Shown: one piece after another, positions 1 to 12,327 of the stretch
How the letters are laid out: every line of letters starts with the position of its first letter
Numbering within the stretch: the first letter of the stretch is position 1
Assembly (NCBI RefSeq): GCF_009914755.1
Contig: NC_060930.1
DNA: 64,000 nt
DNA from: the human T2T-CHM13v2.0 reference genome, Homo sapiens
Strand: one strand, 5' to 3'
Made by a program: the position numbers and the translations under genes
Notes under the pieces: generated by a model
Database searches by the model: none
The model's input: only the letters and a program-made list of their open reading frames with translations
Told to the model about the DNA's origin: nothing

Positions 1-178
1 CATTTCAGTATACTTTCTTGACTAGAATAGGATACTATGAGGTAGAGTTGAAGCCATACACAGGGAATCTGTGATCCCTACTTTAATCTATAATATGGAT
101 GTATTCATGGTTTTATGTATCATGCATGCAAATGTTATCAGCCAAGTGCATCAGGGGAAAAAAAAACGAGATCTACTA

Positions 179-248
179 TTAGGTTGATGCAAAAGTAATT
201 GCAGTTTTTAATGGAAAAAAAACCCGCATTTACTTTTGCACCAACCTA
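179..248. mobile_element. MADE1 (Hsmar1 mariner-derived MITE), internally deleted
   Basis: TTAGGTTGaTGCAAAAGTAATTGC...GCAtTTACTTTTGCACCAACCTA terminal inverted repeats, flanked by TA. Confidence 0.88.
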
Positions 249-335
249 TACACTGTATTTTGAACACTCTTTGGATTTTTACCTAGTTAAAAGAATGGTC
301 TGTCTCCTCTGGATTAATCTCAGCAGTGGAGAGTC

Positions 336-614
336 TTTTTTTTTTTCTTTTTTTTTTAAGATGGAGTCTCGCTCTGTCACCCAGGCTGGAGTGCAGTGGC
401 ATGATCTTGGCTCACTGTAACCTATGCTTCCTGAGTTCACGCAATTCTCCTGCCTTAGCCTCCTAAGTAGCTGGGATTATAGGTGTGCACCACCATGCCT
501 AGCTAATTTTTTTTTATTTTTAGTAGAGACCGAGTTTCACCATGTTGGCCAGGCTGGTCTTGAACTCCTGACCTCAGGAGATCCACCCACCTAGGCTTTC
601 CAAAGTGCTGGGAT
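336..614 (-). mobile_element. Alu (AluS-type), 5' end clipped
   Basis: Poly-T then GAGTCTCGCTCTGTCACCCAGGCTGGAGTGCAGTGG...CAAAGTGCTGGGAT. Confidence 0.95.
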
Positions 615-1497
615 GTAAAATTTATATTATTCTGTTACCTGTCTTTCCTGCTTTCTTTCTTACTTCGTCATCTTTTTTTTATTTATTTCTCTTCTTATGA
701 ATTTACCTTCAATGTTTTAACCATGACTTCATCCCACTCAGCTCTAGTCATGATAATCTTAAATTTTTTTTTGACTGAAAAGCCTCCAGTTTAATTATTC
801 ACAAATTTTTACCTCTTGAGCTATAGGCTTGTAGTTAAACCTGCCCACTGGGTCTCTTTTCTTAGCTATGTTGTTGATCCCTCGTACTCAATTTGAACAA
901 AACAAAGTTCACTTTCTTTTCTCAACACTGCTGCTTCTTATGTGGTAGCATGGCTAACTCATCATTCTCAGCTACCTGGGCTAAGAACGAAAGGCTGACT
1001 TTTGATTCTGTGCTTCTCCTCCCATGCAATCTGTCGTCATGTCGTTTCTCTAAACCAAGCTGCCATCATCTTTGGCCTCAATAATTAAGACAAACTGAAT
1101 TCTAACCTTCCTGTTTTTACTCTTACTCTCCTATACTTTATTTTCCACTCAGTGGCCAAAACTAGACTTTGATTTTTAATACAACTCATGTAATAGAACC
1201 ACTGTGGGATCAAAGCCTCACTTTACCTGACCCCTGTGTATCATTTTCACCCTCTATTAATATTTTCATCCCTTCACCTCACCCAGCCCCCTCTTCAACT
1301 CTAGTTACGTTATCTTTCTTTCTGTTTCTCAAACTTGTTCAGACTGTCATTTACCCAGGGAATTTGAACATTCTCTTCCCTTTTCTTCTGGAACTCTCTT
1401 CCTCAGGTCTTTGTGTGGCTGTCTCTTTATTATTCTGGTCTCAGTTCAAATGTGACCTTCTTAGAAAGTTCTTTCCTGATGACTATCTAATCTAAAG

Positions 1498-1500
<3 letters not shown>

Positions 1501-1557
<57 letters not shown>
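1501..1557. repeat. Compound (TC)n(AC)n microsatellite
   Basis: Read directly from the sequence. Confidence 0.97.
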
Positions 1558-1561
<4 letters not shown>

Positions 1562-1609
1562 GCTGACCTATTCAGTCTATTCCTATAACCTATTTTGTTT
1601 TCGTGTCAC

Positions 1610-2003
1610 TGTCTCAGTCCATTTGTGATGCTATAACAAAATACCTGAGACTGGTTAATTGGTAACGAATAAAAATATATTTCCCACAGTTCTGGAGGCT
1701 GGAAAGTCCAACATCAAGGCACTGGTGGCAGGTTCAGTTGTCTAGTGATAGCTGCTCTCTGCTTTCAAGCTGGTCCCTTGTTGCTGCATCCTCTAAGAGG
1801 TGAGGAACCCTGCGTCCTAACATAGTGGAAAACAGAAGGGTGTGTTAGCCAAACACCGCAGGAAGCTTCTTTTATAAGGGCAGTAATTCCATTTGCAAGA
1901 GAGGAGCCCTCAATGGCATAATTACATTTTAAAGGCCCCAACTCTTAATAACATTACATTGTCAACAGCTGAATTTTGGAGGCATCATATTCAAACTGCT
2001 GCA
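1610..2003 (-). mobile_element. MaLR solo LTR (MSTC-like)
   Basis: TG...CA ends; reverse complement matches the MST start (GTTTGAAT...CCTCCAAAATTCAG..GTATTAAGAG.TGGGGCCTTT); 5-bp TSD gtcac/atcac. Confidence 0.85.
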
Positions 2004-2929
2004 ATCACTGTCTGAAATCATCCTTTTAAATGTATTTGCTTACTTTTTCTTCTCTTTACCCACTAGAGCATAAATTCAACGAGGGAAGTAACCCTCATAT
2101 GTCTTGTTCACTATCATATTCACAGCACTTAGAACAGAACAACCAAATATAGAGAAGGCATTCAATGACTACTACTTGAATAAAGAAATACATTTCTGCT
2201 TAAGTATTTAGTATACCTTTCCTCGTTTTTTCATTTGCACATCCACTGTTCTCCTTTAGGCCTTAATAATCACTATTTTGGACTATTGATAATGATTTCT
2301 AGTGATGCCCTTTCTTCATTCTTTTTTCTTGCCAAAGCTCCCTGACTTTACTGTCTGGCTGATATTTTTATAACTTTCTTTATACCATTCCTTTGCTGAA
2401 CAAAGCAGCACTTGTACTACCAAATGCATCTTGCCAGGAGCAGGGTAAGGGTAGTGATGCATAGGGAGAGTTCCTTGTGTTTGGCATAGGATGAACTGGG
2501 TTTTTGAAGTTCGTGGGTTTATGGAAGAAGAGGCCCATTCCTTGCTTGTTGCTGCATGTGAGTTTAAGGACCAGGGTTGAATATCCACAGCTGCTTCCTG
2601 TAGTCCTACAACTTCTCAAAAGTATGTATTTGTGCTCAAGGATGATGTTGAGTCTTCAAATGCTGTTGAAAATAAGAAGAGTTCGATCCCATATTTACTC
2701 AAGATAACTAGTTTTCTTATCTGTAAAAATAAGTGTCATCTCTTATTCCCTGGACATAAGGAGAGCCCTGGTAACATTAAAATCATCACTGGAAGAGGAG
2801 GGTGTTGAATCAAAAAAGAGGCAGGAAATTAGGTATAAACTATTTATTGTTTTCTATTAAAAAAAATCCATGAATGCTTAGCCCATTTCCTTACACACAG
2901 TGGGCATGTAATTCATCAGTTTTAAATAG

Positions 2930-3415
2930 TTGAGTATTTACATGCTGCTGTGCCTGATGTTGTACACTGGGGGCACAAGAGTGAACAAAATAGAAATAAC
3001 TTGATTATAAACTAGTAGAGGAAAAAACCCTAAACCAATCATCATACAAATAAACCATAACCTTAAAATCCTATATACTTCCAAAAAAGGTCACACAGTA
3101 CCACGAGAAAAAGAAAATATCAGACTGTATAACTGGGGAGGGGGGAGTGATGATCTCATAAGGCCTTTTGAGGAAATTGCATGTAAATCTGGACATAAAG
3201 GATAATAAAAGGTTGTCTGAGTATAGAACAGAAAGAATAGCAGTCCAAGAAAGCAAACAGCATGTAAACAGTTCTACAGGCAGGGCAGAAAAGAGTGTGG
3301 GATGCATGAAGAAGTCTAATGAACTTGGAGTACAAATAGAGTATGGGGCAGGATAGCATAAGATAAAGTTGGAGAGACAGGAAGTGGCTGGATCACATAT
3401 GGCCTTGCAGCCATC
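2930..3415 (-). mobile_element. L2 remnant
   Basis: Antisense L2 3' motifs (tgagtattta...tgtgcc...gtgaacaaaataga) followed by purine-rich L2 body. Confidence 0.55.
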
Positions 3416-4949
3416 AACTAGTTGATCTCTAGGTTGGGGATCAATGATCTATCCTATGTTATGCATCCTTATCCTAATGGCTTATCCCTGCTTCCTTGTT
3501 TGTTAAGCCTTTCTGTAGTTCACCCTATATTTCTAGTCAGAGTCACTGTAATTCTTTTAAACCTTCAGATCTACCTTACTAAATCTGACTCTTAGGGCTT
3601 GTCTTTGTCCCTTGATGTCCAACCACTTTGCTACTGGTTAAGATGGAGGAGAGCACATTTCCTGTGGCTGAAATTGCTAGCCTAATCTACAACTCTATTT
3701 CCATGGAAATAGGAATTCAGCAAAAGCAAAATGCTAAGACATATTTTAGTATATTTATAAAAAATTGTATATAATCCATGAGAAATCTGCCAAGTGGATG
3801 CCAGTCAAAAGTAAAAACAGAATTTTTTATTGCTTTCCATAAAATAAAGTGTCCTTTTTGTCTCGTATAGCCAAATCTAGGGCCTCTACTTTGAATGCCA
3901 CAGAAGGATTTATGCTTATTTTTATAGCATACATTTATTGCCCTGATTTTTGTAATACTTCCGGCAAAGAAAGAATGATCATGCCTCTTTGACCTTTGTG
4001 TACCACAACCATTCACCATAATGCCTCTCACATAGTAGGTATCTAATACTAACTTCCCTGAAACCCTCTCCCACCAGAGCACATTCTTAGAAAGAAGAGA
4101 CTTCTGCTGAACAAATTATGTTCCCCAGAGTTAGTAGTGAATCAGTTCTGTTCTGTACATATTGTTGAGAGAGGAAGAGACATTAAAGAGGATAGAGGAG
4201 AATGCTACTGGTTGTGAAAGGCTGTATCAGAATTATAGGTGCGTATTTGCCATAATGCGGCAATGAATACAAATCATGCAGCCAGTCATAAAAAAATATA
4301 TAACATAAAGGGAATAAAATCATAAAGTTGCCATATATCAAGCACTTGCCATGCATCAGATACTGTGTTAAGAATTAACTCCAAGCTTCACGATAGCTCT
4401 GCTAGGTAGCTATTATTACTCTTGTATTACAGATTCAAGATATAAAGCATAGGTGGGCAACATCTGCCCATAACCATACAGTTAATAATTGATGGGGAAA
4501 ATGTTAAACTGGGTCTGCCTCGTTCAAACTCCAAACAGTTCAGATTCTGCCAAGGACACTCAATTTTTCAAATCAGTCTAGGTCATGGAGATCAAGGCTG
4601 ACTAAAAAAAAAAAAAAATCAAAAAACAAAAAAAAGCAAAAAAATGAGACAAAAACTTACTGTAAGGTGTTGACCTTTTTATTTTAGGGATTGACATAAG
4701 TGACCTAATCCATAAATCATCAAAAGAGAACTATTATCACCATTAATGGAGTTTTAAAAGAACACTGGCAAGTAGTGGCTCTGCTACCACAGAAGCAGCT
4801 TCATACTTTGAAAAATTCAATCATGCGGCCTGAAATGTCATGAGTCTCCTCTTCAAAGTGCTGTTCTGTTAGGTTTGGTTCTATTTATCAGTCTGATAGT
4901 TTAGTAAATGTCAAAGTGAATATATATATTCAGTATGTATTAGTATGTG

Positions 4950-4958
4950 TATATATAC

Positions 4959-5006
<48 letters not shown>
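4950..5006. repeat. (TA)n/(TG)n microsatellite
   Basis: Read directly from the sequence. Confidence 0.95.
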
Positions 5007-5083
5007 TCTATATGTGTGAGACAAGTTAGAGCAAGGCCAGCTGAAAGAAATGGTGCTAAATCTTTTTAGGAAAGCTGAGGCGC

Positions 5084-5493
5084 AAAATGTGGCACATGTA
5101 CGCTATGGAATATTATGCAGCCATTAAAAAGAATGAAATCATGCCCTGTGCTGCAACATGGATGCAGCTGGAGGCCATTATCCTAAGCAAATTAATGCAG
5201 GAACAGAAAACCAAATACTGCATGTTCTCACTTATAAGTGGGAGCTAAATATTGGGTACTCATGCACATAAAAATGGCAAAAATAGACACTGGGGACTAA
5301 TAGAGTGGGGAGGGAGGGAAGGAGAGGGGAAGGAGCTACAAACCTAACTACTGGCTACTGTGCTTAGTACCTAGGTGATGGAATCATTCATACTCCAAAC
5401 CTCAGCATCACACAATAAACCCAGGTAACACACCTGCACATGTATCCCCTGAATCTAAAATTAAAGTTGGAAAAATAAAGAAAAAAGAAAGAG
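5084..5493 (+). mobile_element. 5'-truncated L1 3' end (old L1PA/L1PB type)
   Basis: AAAATGTGGCACAT..ATGGAATATTATGCAGCCAT..ATGTTCTCACTTATAAGTGGGAGCTAA; A-rich tail; TSD aagctgag at 5072 and 5494. Confidence 0.92.
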
Positions 5494-7865
5494 AAGCTGA
5501 GATATACTGACTTTGCAACTTAAATTTTGTTTTAAATTTAGGACTTTATTAAATATCTGCTATGAGCAAGTCATTATATACACTGAGGATACACTGATGA
5601 ACAAGAAAGACTTAGTCTCACCATAAATGCTGCCCCACTGCTTGAGACATTCAGACTTAGCTCACTGTGCCCCTACATGGATTTCATTAGTCAGGGCGCT
5701 ACTACTGATTATTCCAAAGTCTAATCAATAGTGAGAACAAATAACTTTATTCTGTACTGCCTTCCCACTCCGATTTAGTAAAGCCACATTTGTTGGCCTT
5801 GAAGAAGAGTACAGAATGCTTGAAGAATAGTACAAAATGCTATGTTTGGTTGGCCCAACATGTATTTTAATAATTTGTGTTTTTTATGTGTGCCCTTTGG
5901 TGATTTAAAAAAAGAACTGAACTCTGAATTTATTGTCTTCATCAAGGAATTTTGTGTATGCAGTGGCCTTCATGTACAGCAAGGAGTCACCGACCCACTG
6001 TCAGCAAAACATGCTTTGTGAAATGTTTTTTTTTGTTTTTGTTTTGTTTTGTTTTGTTTTCAGAAATGGAGATGCAGTTGCACAAATTGCTTCCTGTTCT
6101 CTTGGTGTCTCTTGTTAGCAGCAGCATGCATTTTGTATGAAAGCTGGCAGGGGTTAGAATGCAGACCGAGGTCATGGACCTCAGCACAGCTAACTGGCAT
6201 GTACAGGGATAAAACCTGCAACTTTTGCCTCATTAGCACCATGTCCCCTACTGAGTTAACCAGTCACAGGCAATTGGAGAACTCTGAAGGTTAATTCTTT
6301 CTGACCATAGGTAGAGTTAGAGCTCAATGGACTAAGCCCTTCAAATGTTAACACTTCAAGCAGGAAATTTTAAGTGGAAAAAAATGGCTGGTAGTACAAA
6401 AAGGCTGAAAGAATTGAAAAACGGGTCTAAAACAGACTTGCAGGTTTTTTAAGAGTTGCATAAAATATTCTGTAACTTTTATAGAGGTTATGACTCAAAC
6501 CGTGTTTCAACCATGTGATTGCCAGGTACTATTAAAACAAATAGCACAAATAGGGCAATTAAATATAGATACTAACAGCTTCAAACCACAAGAGAAGAGG
6601 AAATTAAGCAGCTTTGTTTTTCATTTAATAGCACCCAGGTGAGCTTCTTTGAAATTAGTGCAAATGCCTGTTTTGAGAAGCTGGATAGGGAGGAAGACTG
6701 ATGAGACTACCAAGTTATGATTATTTCTGCCCTCAAGGGAGTCCTGGTCCAAGTTAATGTATCAGTATGAAGTAGTGCTACTGCTGACCTACACACAGAC
6801 AGTCAGACGAGATGGGTTCTGAGAACACAGCCAAGCCACCACTGCCTATGCAACTTAAGATAAACGTCATGCCTTCCCTTTACACTTCTCAGGTCTCCTG
6901 TGACCCCCAAGTCACAGCTCGCCTTCAAAGGCACGCTGGTTGTTCTCTCCTGGTTCCTGTGTCTTGATGGCACAGTGTAGTGTGAAGGGAAAGAAAAGTC
7001 TCTCTCTGGTAAAAATCCTTCATGTGTGAAATGAGCACTTGCAAAATAGGACTGAACAGAGCCCTGCTCTCTGTCAATGTGTCCATTGTGAATGGAATAT
7101 GAACATCAAAATGACCTTCCTGCATGAAAGAAAAACCAGAAACCAATGGGCACTGCTAGGCGAAGATAAAGCCAATAGGTCTTTAACAGTTAGAGACAAG
7201 AATGATGGCAAGGATGTTATATGTCTATTCATTCTCCCATGTTGGCTTGCTGGCAAAAGGCAGAGGAGTAAAGAGTAATAATTTGAAAACCTGCTCTTAG
7301 CATGTGTGATATGTCAGGAACTTAGAAACTTTTATTTAATATTTGCAATTGGTAGTTGTAAAAGTATAATGGCCAGGAAGGGCAGAGTCAAGATTTCAAC
7401 TGAGGGAGCCTGTCTTGCCTCCACTTTGCCTATAGTCTTACTAGGGTGTTCTTTGAAACAACATTGCAATAACAACCACAACTCACAATTTAACAGGACA
7501 ACTTGTAATGAAACAAATACAGATGACTTTCATTACAGACGGGATCAAACTTACTTGTATGGAATAATTACACAATGACATTACAGAGTGGAATATAGAT
7601 ACTATAATGGAACAAATAATTTTGAGTGAAAGTGTTTTCCCTATTCTGACCTCCTCTGAGAGTACAAAAATGAAGGTATATGAAAATCCTAGAATTACGG
7701 TTCTGTAAAAGGATCCTCAGTGATCTTCTAGAATACTATGTTAGGGTCATAAAGCAATATTGCAAAGTGCTTATACCTTTACCACGTAGTCAACCCAAAT
7801 GGGTGTTATTAAAAAGTATAATTCTCTCATGTAATATTAAATCTTTTATCTAATTTAATTTACAG

Positions 7866-7934
7866 AACTTCTTTCAAATAGTTAGCAACCTTCTAGATGA
7901 AGAAAACAAGGAAAAATGGGAAGATGCACAACAG
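7866..7934 (+). CDS. ADGRB3: ADGRB3/BAI3 coding exon (69 nt, phase 0-0), GAIN subdomain A: [23 protein letters not shown]
   Basis: tttacag|AACTTC...CAACAG|gtaagg. 23 uninterrupted codons; peptide recognised as BAI3; joins the next exon in frame. Confidence 0.96.
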
Positions 7935-9823
7935 GTAAGGTTAGGGTTATTTCAGAACTTGAAGTTGGCAAAACAAAGTGTAAAAAATATGTGACTAAAT
8001 TAATGGCTTGCTATTTCAGGAAAACAAGATATTTTTAAGTCAGTCTAGGTTATATCCTAGTAATTTTTGAGGAAACAAATGATCGTTACCATACCAGTCT
8101 GGAAGGAATATTTATACATGTGAAAAAAAGCTGTGCAAGTTTAAGCAACTTAAAACCTTAAGGATTTAATGTGTAATAATTATATACCTAACCAATAAGA
8201 TCCTTTTTTTTTTCTGTAGACCATGGGAAAAACAGCACATCTAAAAGTACATATTTCAAATGAAAGTATGGAGCTTTGACTAGTAAAACCATTTGCATTT
8301 ACTACAATGCTACATATAATATGGATCACAGAGACAGTGATTTTGATTCAAAGCCAAGAATTGTAAAAATCAGGCCTCACCAAAAATTATGTTATGATTT
8401 TTTAAAAATCTTTTTGTTATGCTTTATCAGTGTAGCAAGTAACCTTGTTGGTTTAGATATTGTTTATAAATGCTTTGCATAGCCATTTGTGGTATCCTAA
8501 CTGATAAGACAGTGACTAATTTGTTTTCCTCTGAATTACAGGAAAAGTGGGTTAGAAGTCTAGAAAGAGAGAAAAATTATGGTTTAAAAAATTAAATGTA
8601 AATTTAGTTTAACTGGATGTCAAACTTCTTTAGGTTTTCTATTTGACTCTTGTTAAAAATAAGACAATCTTGAAAAAAAAAGAATGAACATTTACTGAGG
8701 TTCGGGTTTTCCCTTTATAATCATATTCTGGGTCTTCAGGAGTAAAGCATGCCTTTTATCCTATTGTGACAGGAGCTCTAAAAATAGTCCAGTGTGGGGC
8801 TGCCTCATTATTAGATATAAATTTCATGCATCTGGACATAGCCAGAAAAAAAAACCCTTATTTTAATACTTTAAATCTATTTTTTTCTACCAATTTGAGT
8901 TACATATTTGTCCTTGGCTTTCTTCTAGAGGACAGCCTCATTCACTCACTGTAAGAAGATGGTGTCTTTCCTTAGAATACAGCTGCAGAGGCTAAGTACA
9001 TCTTTCTAGGCTGCTAGAGACTATTAATTATGGATATATTAAGAAGAAATATGTAATATCCTATCTAAAACAAGACTGCAATTTATCAGATGCTGTTATT
9101 TACTGTGAGGTCCCAACTTTAACAAATAATGAATGGTGGCAGAACTTCTTGTCAATGAAAAATCCTGAATTCATAATCCATCTATTTCCTTGAGATTTTG
9201 AGTTAGCTATATTCTTATATTTAAAATATTTTTTCCAATAATAATGATCCTTAATGCTGTTTTTGAAATAACGATTTGAAGCTGAAAAAACAAAAACAAC
9301 CCTGTTCTGCAGCTTTTACTAAAAGGCGGTGTCATAAATGCAGCCGTGTGGTGAATGGGTCTCTTGAGTTTGTGGCACAAACGGTGAACTTTGTGGAAAT
9401 AGATGCTGTTTAAAATCTATCAAAGATAATCCTTGTGAGTCTCCTTATTTTTGAGTAATAGCCTCAACAAAAGTAAATGTAGAACAGACCTCTGTGTACG
9501 TTTGGAAAATGAGCTGAGTAAAATGGTGGCTATTGACATTGGAAGTTTTTTGCAAACAAAATTTACTCTTTCGAATAGTCATTTCAGAATTTGTTACCCA
9601 TCAGTTCCAGTTATGAAGGATAAAACTATGTTTAGATAAAGCATCCTACTAAAAATGTAGTCTACTAAAGTTAAAAAAAAAAACTACATTCTATAGAGCA
9701 CCACTTTACACCCTACCCATATGGCTGGAGTTAACAAGTCCGGTTTAGTCAAGACAAGTCATTTTAGTCATGTATTATGTTTGATATTTCGTCATTACAT
9801 TGAAAATTCATATGTCTCTAGAG

Positions 9824-10049
9824 CAAGAGTGAGCAAACTGCAGCCAGTGAGCCAAATCCAGCTTGAGGCTTATTTTGTTAATCATATTTTGGAATATAGC
9901 CACACCCATTCATTTACCTATAATCTATATACGGTCGTTTTGGTGCGACAAGGAAAGAGTTGCATTTACAATAGAGACTTCATGTCCTGCAAAGCCTAAA
10001 ATGTTTACTATATGCAAACAGAAAAAGTTTGCCAACCTTTTATAACCTG
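9824..10049 (+). mobile_element. MER58A (hAT-Charlie DNA transposon)
   Basis: GCAAAGCCTAAAATGTTTACTAT..ACAGAAAAAGTTTGCC; 8-bp TSD ctctagag/ctctatag. Confidence 0.85.
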
Positions 10050-10801
10050 CTCTATAGCATTTGACTACACTTGGAGAAATATAATTAAAAACAAAATCTT
10101 TAGCCAACCTAAAAAATCTCTCCACCAAGGTAGAAGGGAAAGAAAACACATTCATTATTTAATAATCAGTAAACCAGAATGTAATGTGCATCATAGCCAA
10201 TCCACTGCGATTACAAAGACCCTATTACATAGCCAAACAGTGTCCTCAAGGTAAACGGTAACTAGTTCTGAAGAGAACTTAAGAGCACCCTTTGTCACGC
10301 ATAATTCATCCTAAATTCACTTGGTAATTGGCAGTGACCATCTTGTTACTTAATTGGCCTTATTCAAAGAAAAAATAACCTCCTTATATCTTTATGACTG
10401 GAAGTAATTTTGCCACTTGAAGCAAAATTCAAGAGGCCTCTGAAGTTAGGCTTCTACCTTTCACAGAAACTGAGAAAGAGGAGCACTATCTTTTTGTATA
10501 TTTACCTCTCAAAGAGAGACATTCCTGGATCTTTAAGCTTGTAGGAGACTATTTAGCTTTTAAATAAATTGACATGCATTGCAAAGAGAAAAAGTGCTTA
10601 CAATTACTAGTTTTCCAAAAGTAAATGTTCTTAGAAAAGGGAGAAGAGAGTGGGGTTGAGGGAGGGAGAGACTCTTCCCTTATTTTCAACACAAAAAAAT
10701 AAGCCTCTTATTTTACTTTGTATTTATTACACTACACATACTCATATACATATGCACCTACACAAAGATAAGGGGAAAATACAGTAGTAGCAGGAAGCCT
10801 T

Positions 10802-11040
10802 GGTGATAACAAAAATCTTAGGCACATTCTTGAAAGTGGGATGATGGGCTTTCGAAATTCATGTTTAATGACTGAAAATGAAGCTAAGAGACAGGTTTTA
10901 TCTCCCAAATCTTTCTAAAGTTAAAAATTGGAACTATCTCAGTTATACATGTCTAAGTCTAATATCCATCATTCATGTCTTCAAGTATGTGTGAGTAAAT
11001 ATACTGTAGATACTGCCTGATTTTTAGACGGGCACAACCG
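10802..11040 (+). pseudogene. Degenerate intronic copy of the 3' half of the 12219-12327 exon plus ~160 bp of downstream intron
   Basis: Aligns to 12248-12490 at an offset of ~1444 bp. 50/61 identity across the exon part; donor G|GTAAGA has become G|CTAAGA. Confidence 0.85.
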
Positions 11041-11467
11041 CAAGCCCCTTTGAAATACACATGTGCCTGCTATCCCTTTCAGCTCTGACTATATGCTTTT
11101 CTATTATTCAGAATGCCTTTTCGTCTTCTGCACTAGTCTTTGCGATTACAAAGCAGCTAGAACTCTCTAATCCACTTAATTTTTCATGGCTAGAAAATGC
11201 AGTGGTGCTGAATGGCCACAAGAAATTAACCTGACTTCAAAAGATTTTCTGCTCTAAAGTGGTTATATAATGCAGGATGACTTTATAAGCTTTATGGGTT
11301 ATACACATGAAAATTCATGTGACATTTTCAATAGCCTTTATGTTCCAAACACTATGAACTATTGACACAATCAGGTTGCCAAATAAAAAAACACTCGTCC
11401 ATTTGTACTGTATGAGGTGCCATGATGTTGAAAAAATCACTTGGACCATGGAGGCAGATGGTCCTCT

Positions 11468-11535
11468 AGGTAGGCAGGTAGATAAGTAGGTAGATGGATA
11501 GATGGATAGATGCATAGATGGACAGTTAGGTAGAT
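11468..11535. repeat. Degenerate (TAGR/TGGA)n tetranucleotide repeat
   Basis: taggtaggcaggtagataagtaggtagatggatagatggatagatg. Confidence 0.8.
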
Positions 11536-12218
11536 ACTGCTTAGCCACTATTAAAGATACAATATGGCCTTAGGTATGCTGTTTAACCTTCTTGAGGTCT
11601 TGCTTCTTCTTGCCTAAAATATGGACAATAATCCCATAAGTGTGTTTTGTATTTGTACATGTAAAGCACATGCACTAGGGCTATTAATATTATTGTAATC
11701 CTAAAATTATTACCATTATTCTTACAGTGGGCATTATAATTATTAAACAATAAATGTTTCTCTGAAGATATTTATTATTATGCAATAACTTAATAGTTTG
11801 TAAATATCTTCATGGTGGCAATATTAACTCTTTTTCCTCTTGTGTTCCTCATATAGATGCCAAGCTAAACATGTAAAGAGCCCAATTTCAGTGTTCTATG
11901 TTTTGTTAAGTGATGAAAAGAGTTCATCAAAAGAAAAGTCGTCTATTTTTTGAGGAGACAATCTGTTAGATATTTTGAGTTTCCTTAGATTTATGAGGGA
12001 TTAATCACTACATCATATTACTTCCAAAGTTCCTCCAATGTGACACCTGATGTCATTCTCAACTATTAATTTAAAAAATACAGCTATTGGCAGCTGTAGA
12101 TTTTTTTGAAGTGAAACAAAGCTCATTTGTGATTTCATGTAGTTTAAAAAAATTCAGTTATATATGCCATTGTATGTATAGATTTTTTATTCCTTCTAAC
12201 CTTTGCTTATTTTTCTAG

Positions 12219-12327
12219 ATTTATCCAGGGTCAATAGAGTTAATGCAGGTGATTGAAGATTTTATACACATTGTTGGAATGGGGATGATGGACTTTCAGA
12301 ATTCATACTTAATGACTGGAAATGTAG
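12219..12327 (+). CDS. ADGRB3: ADGRB3 coding exon (109 nt, phase 0-1): [36 protein letters not shown]
   Basis: Pyrimidine tract + ttctag|ATTTAT...AATGTAG|gtaaga. 36 codons plus 1 nt; G + TG of the next exon gives Val. Confidence 0.96.

Larger units (their letters stand above)
660..2190 (+). mobile_element. L2 LINE remnant, interrupted by a microsatellite and an MST LTR
   Basis: L2 3'-type motifs (tcaaatgtgaccttcttagaaag; ttgttcact...cagcacttagaacag...ttgaataaa). Boundaries approximate. Confidence 0.65.

Noticed and set aside
5799-5840. 21-bp tandem duplication
   Set aside because: Real but ordinary slippage; no functional hint.
6030-6140. Strong-looking acceptor (gttttgttttcag|AAATGG) as a cryptic exon
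   Set aside because: The tract is a (TTTTG)n microsatellite; no convincing donor and no BAI-like peptide.
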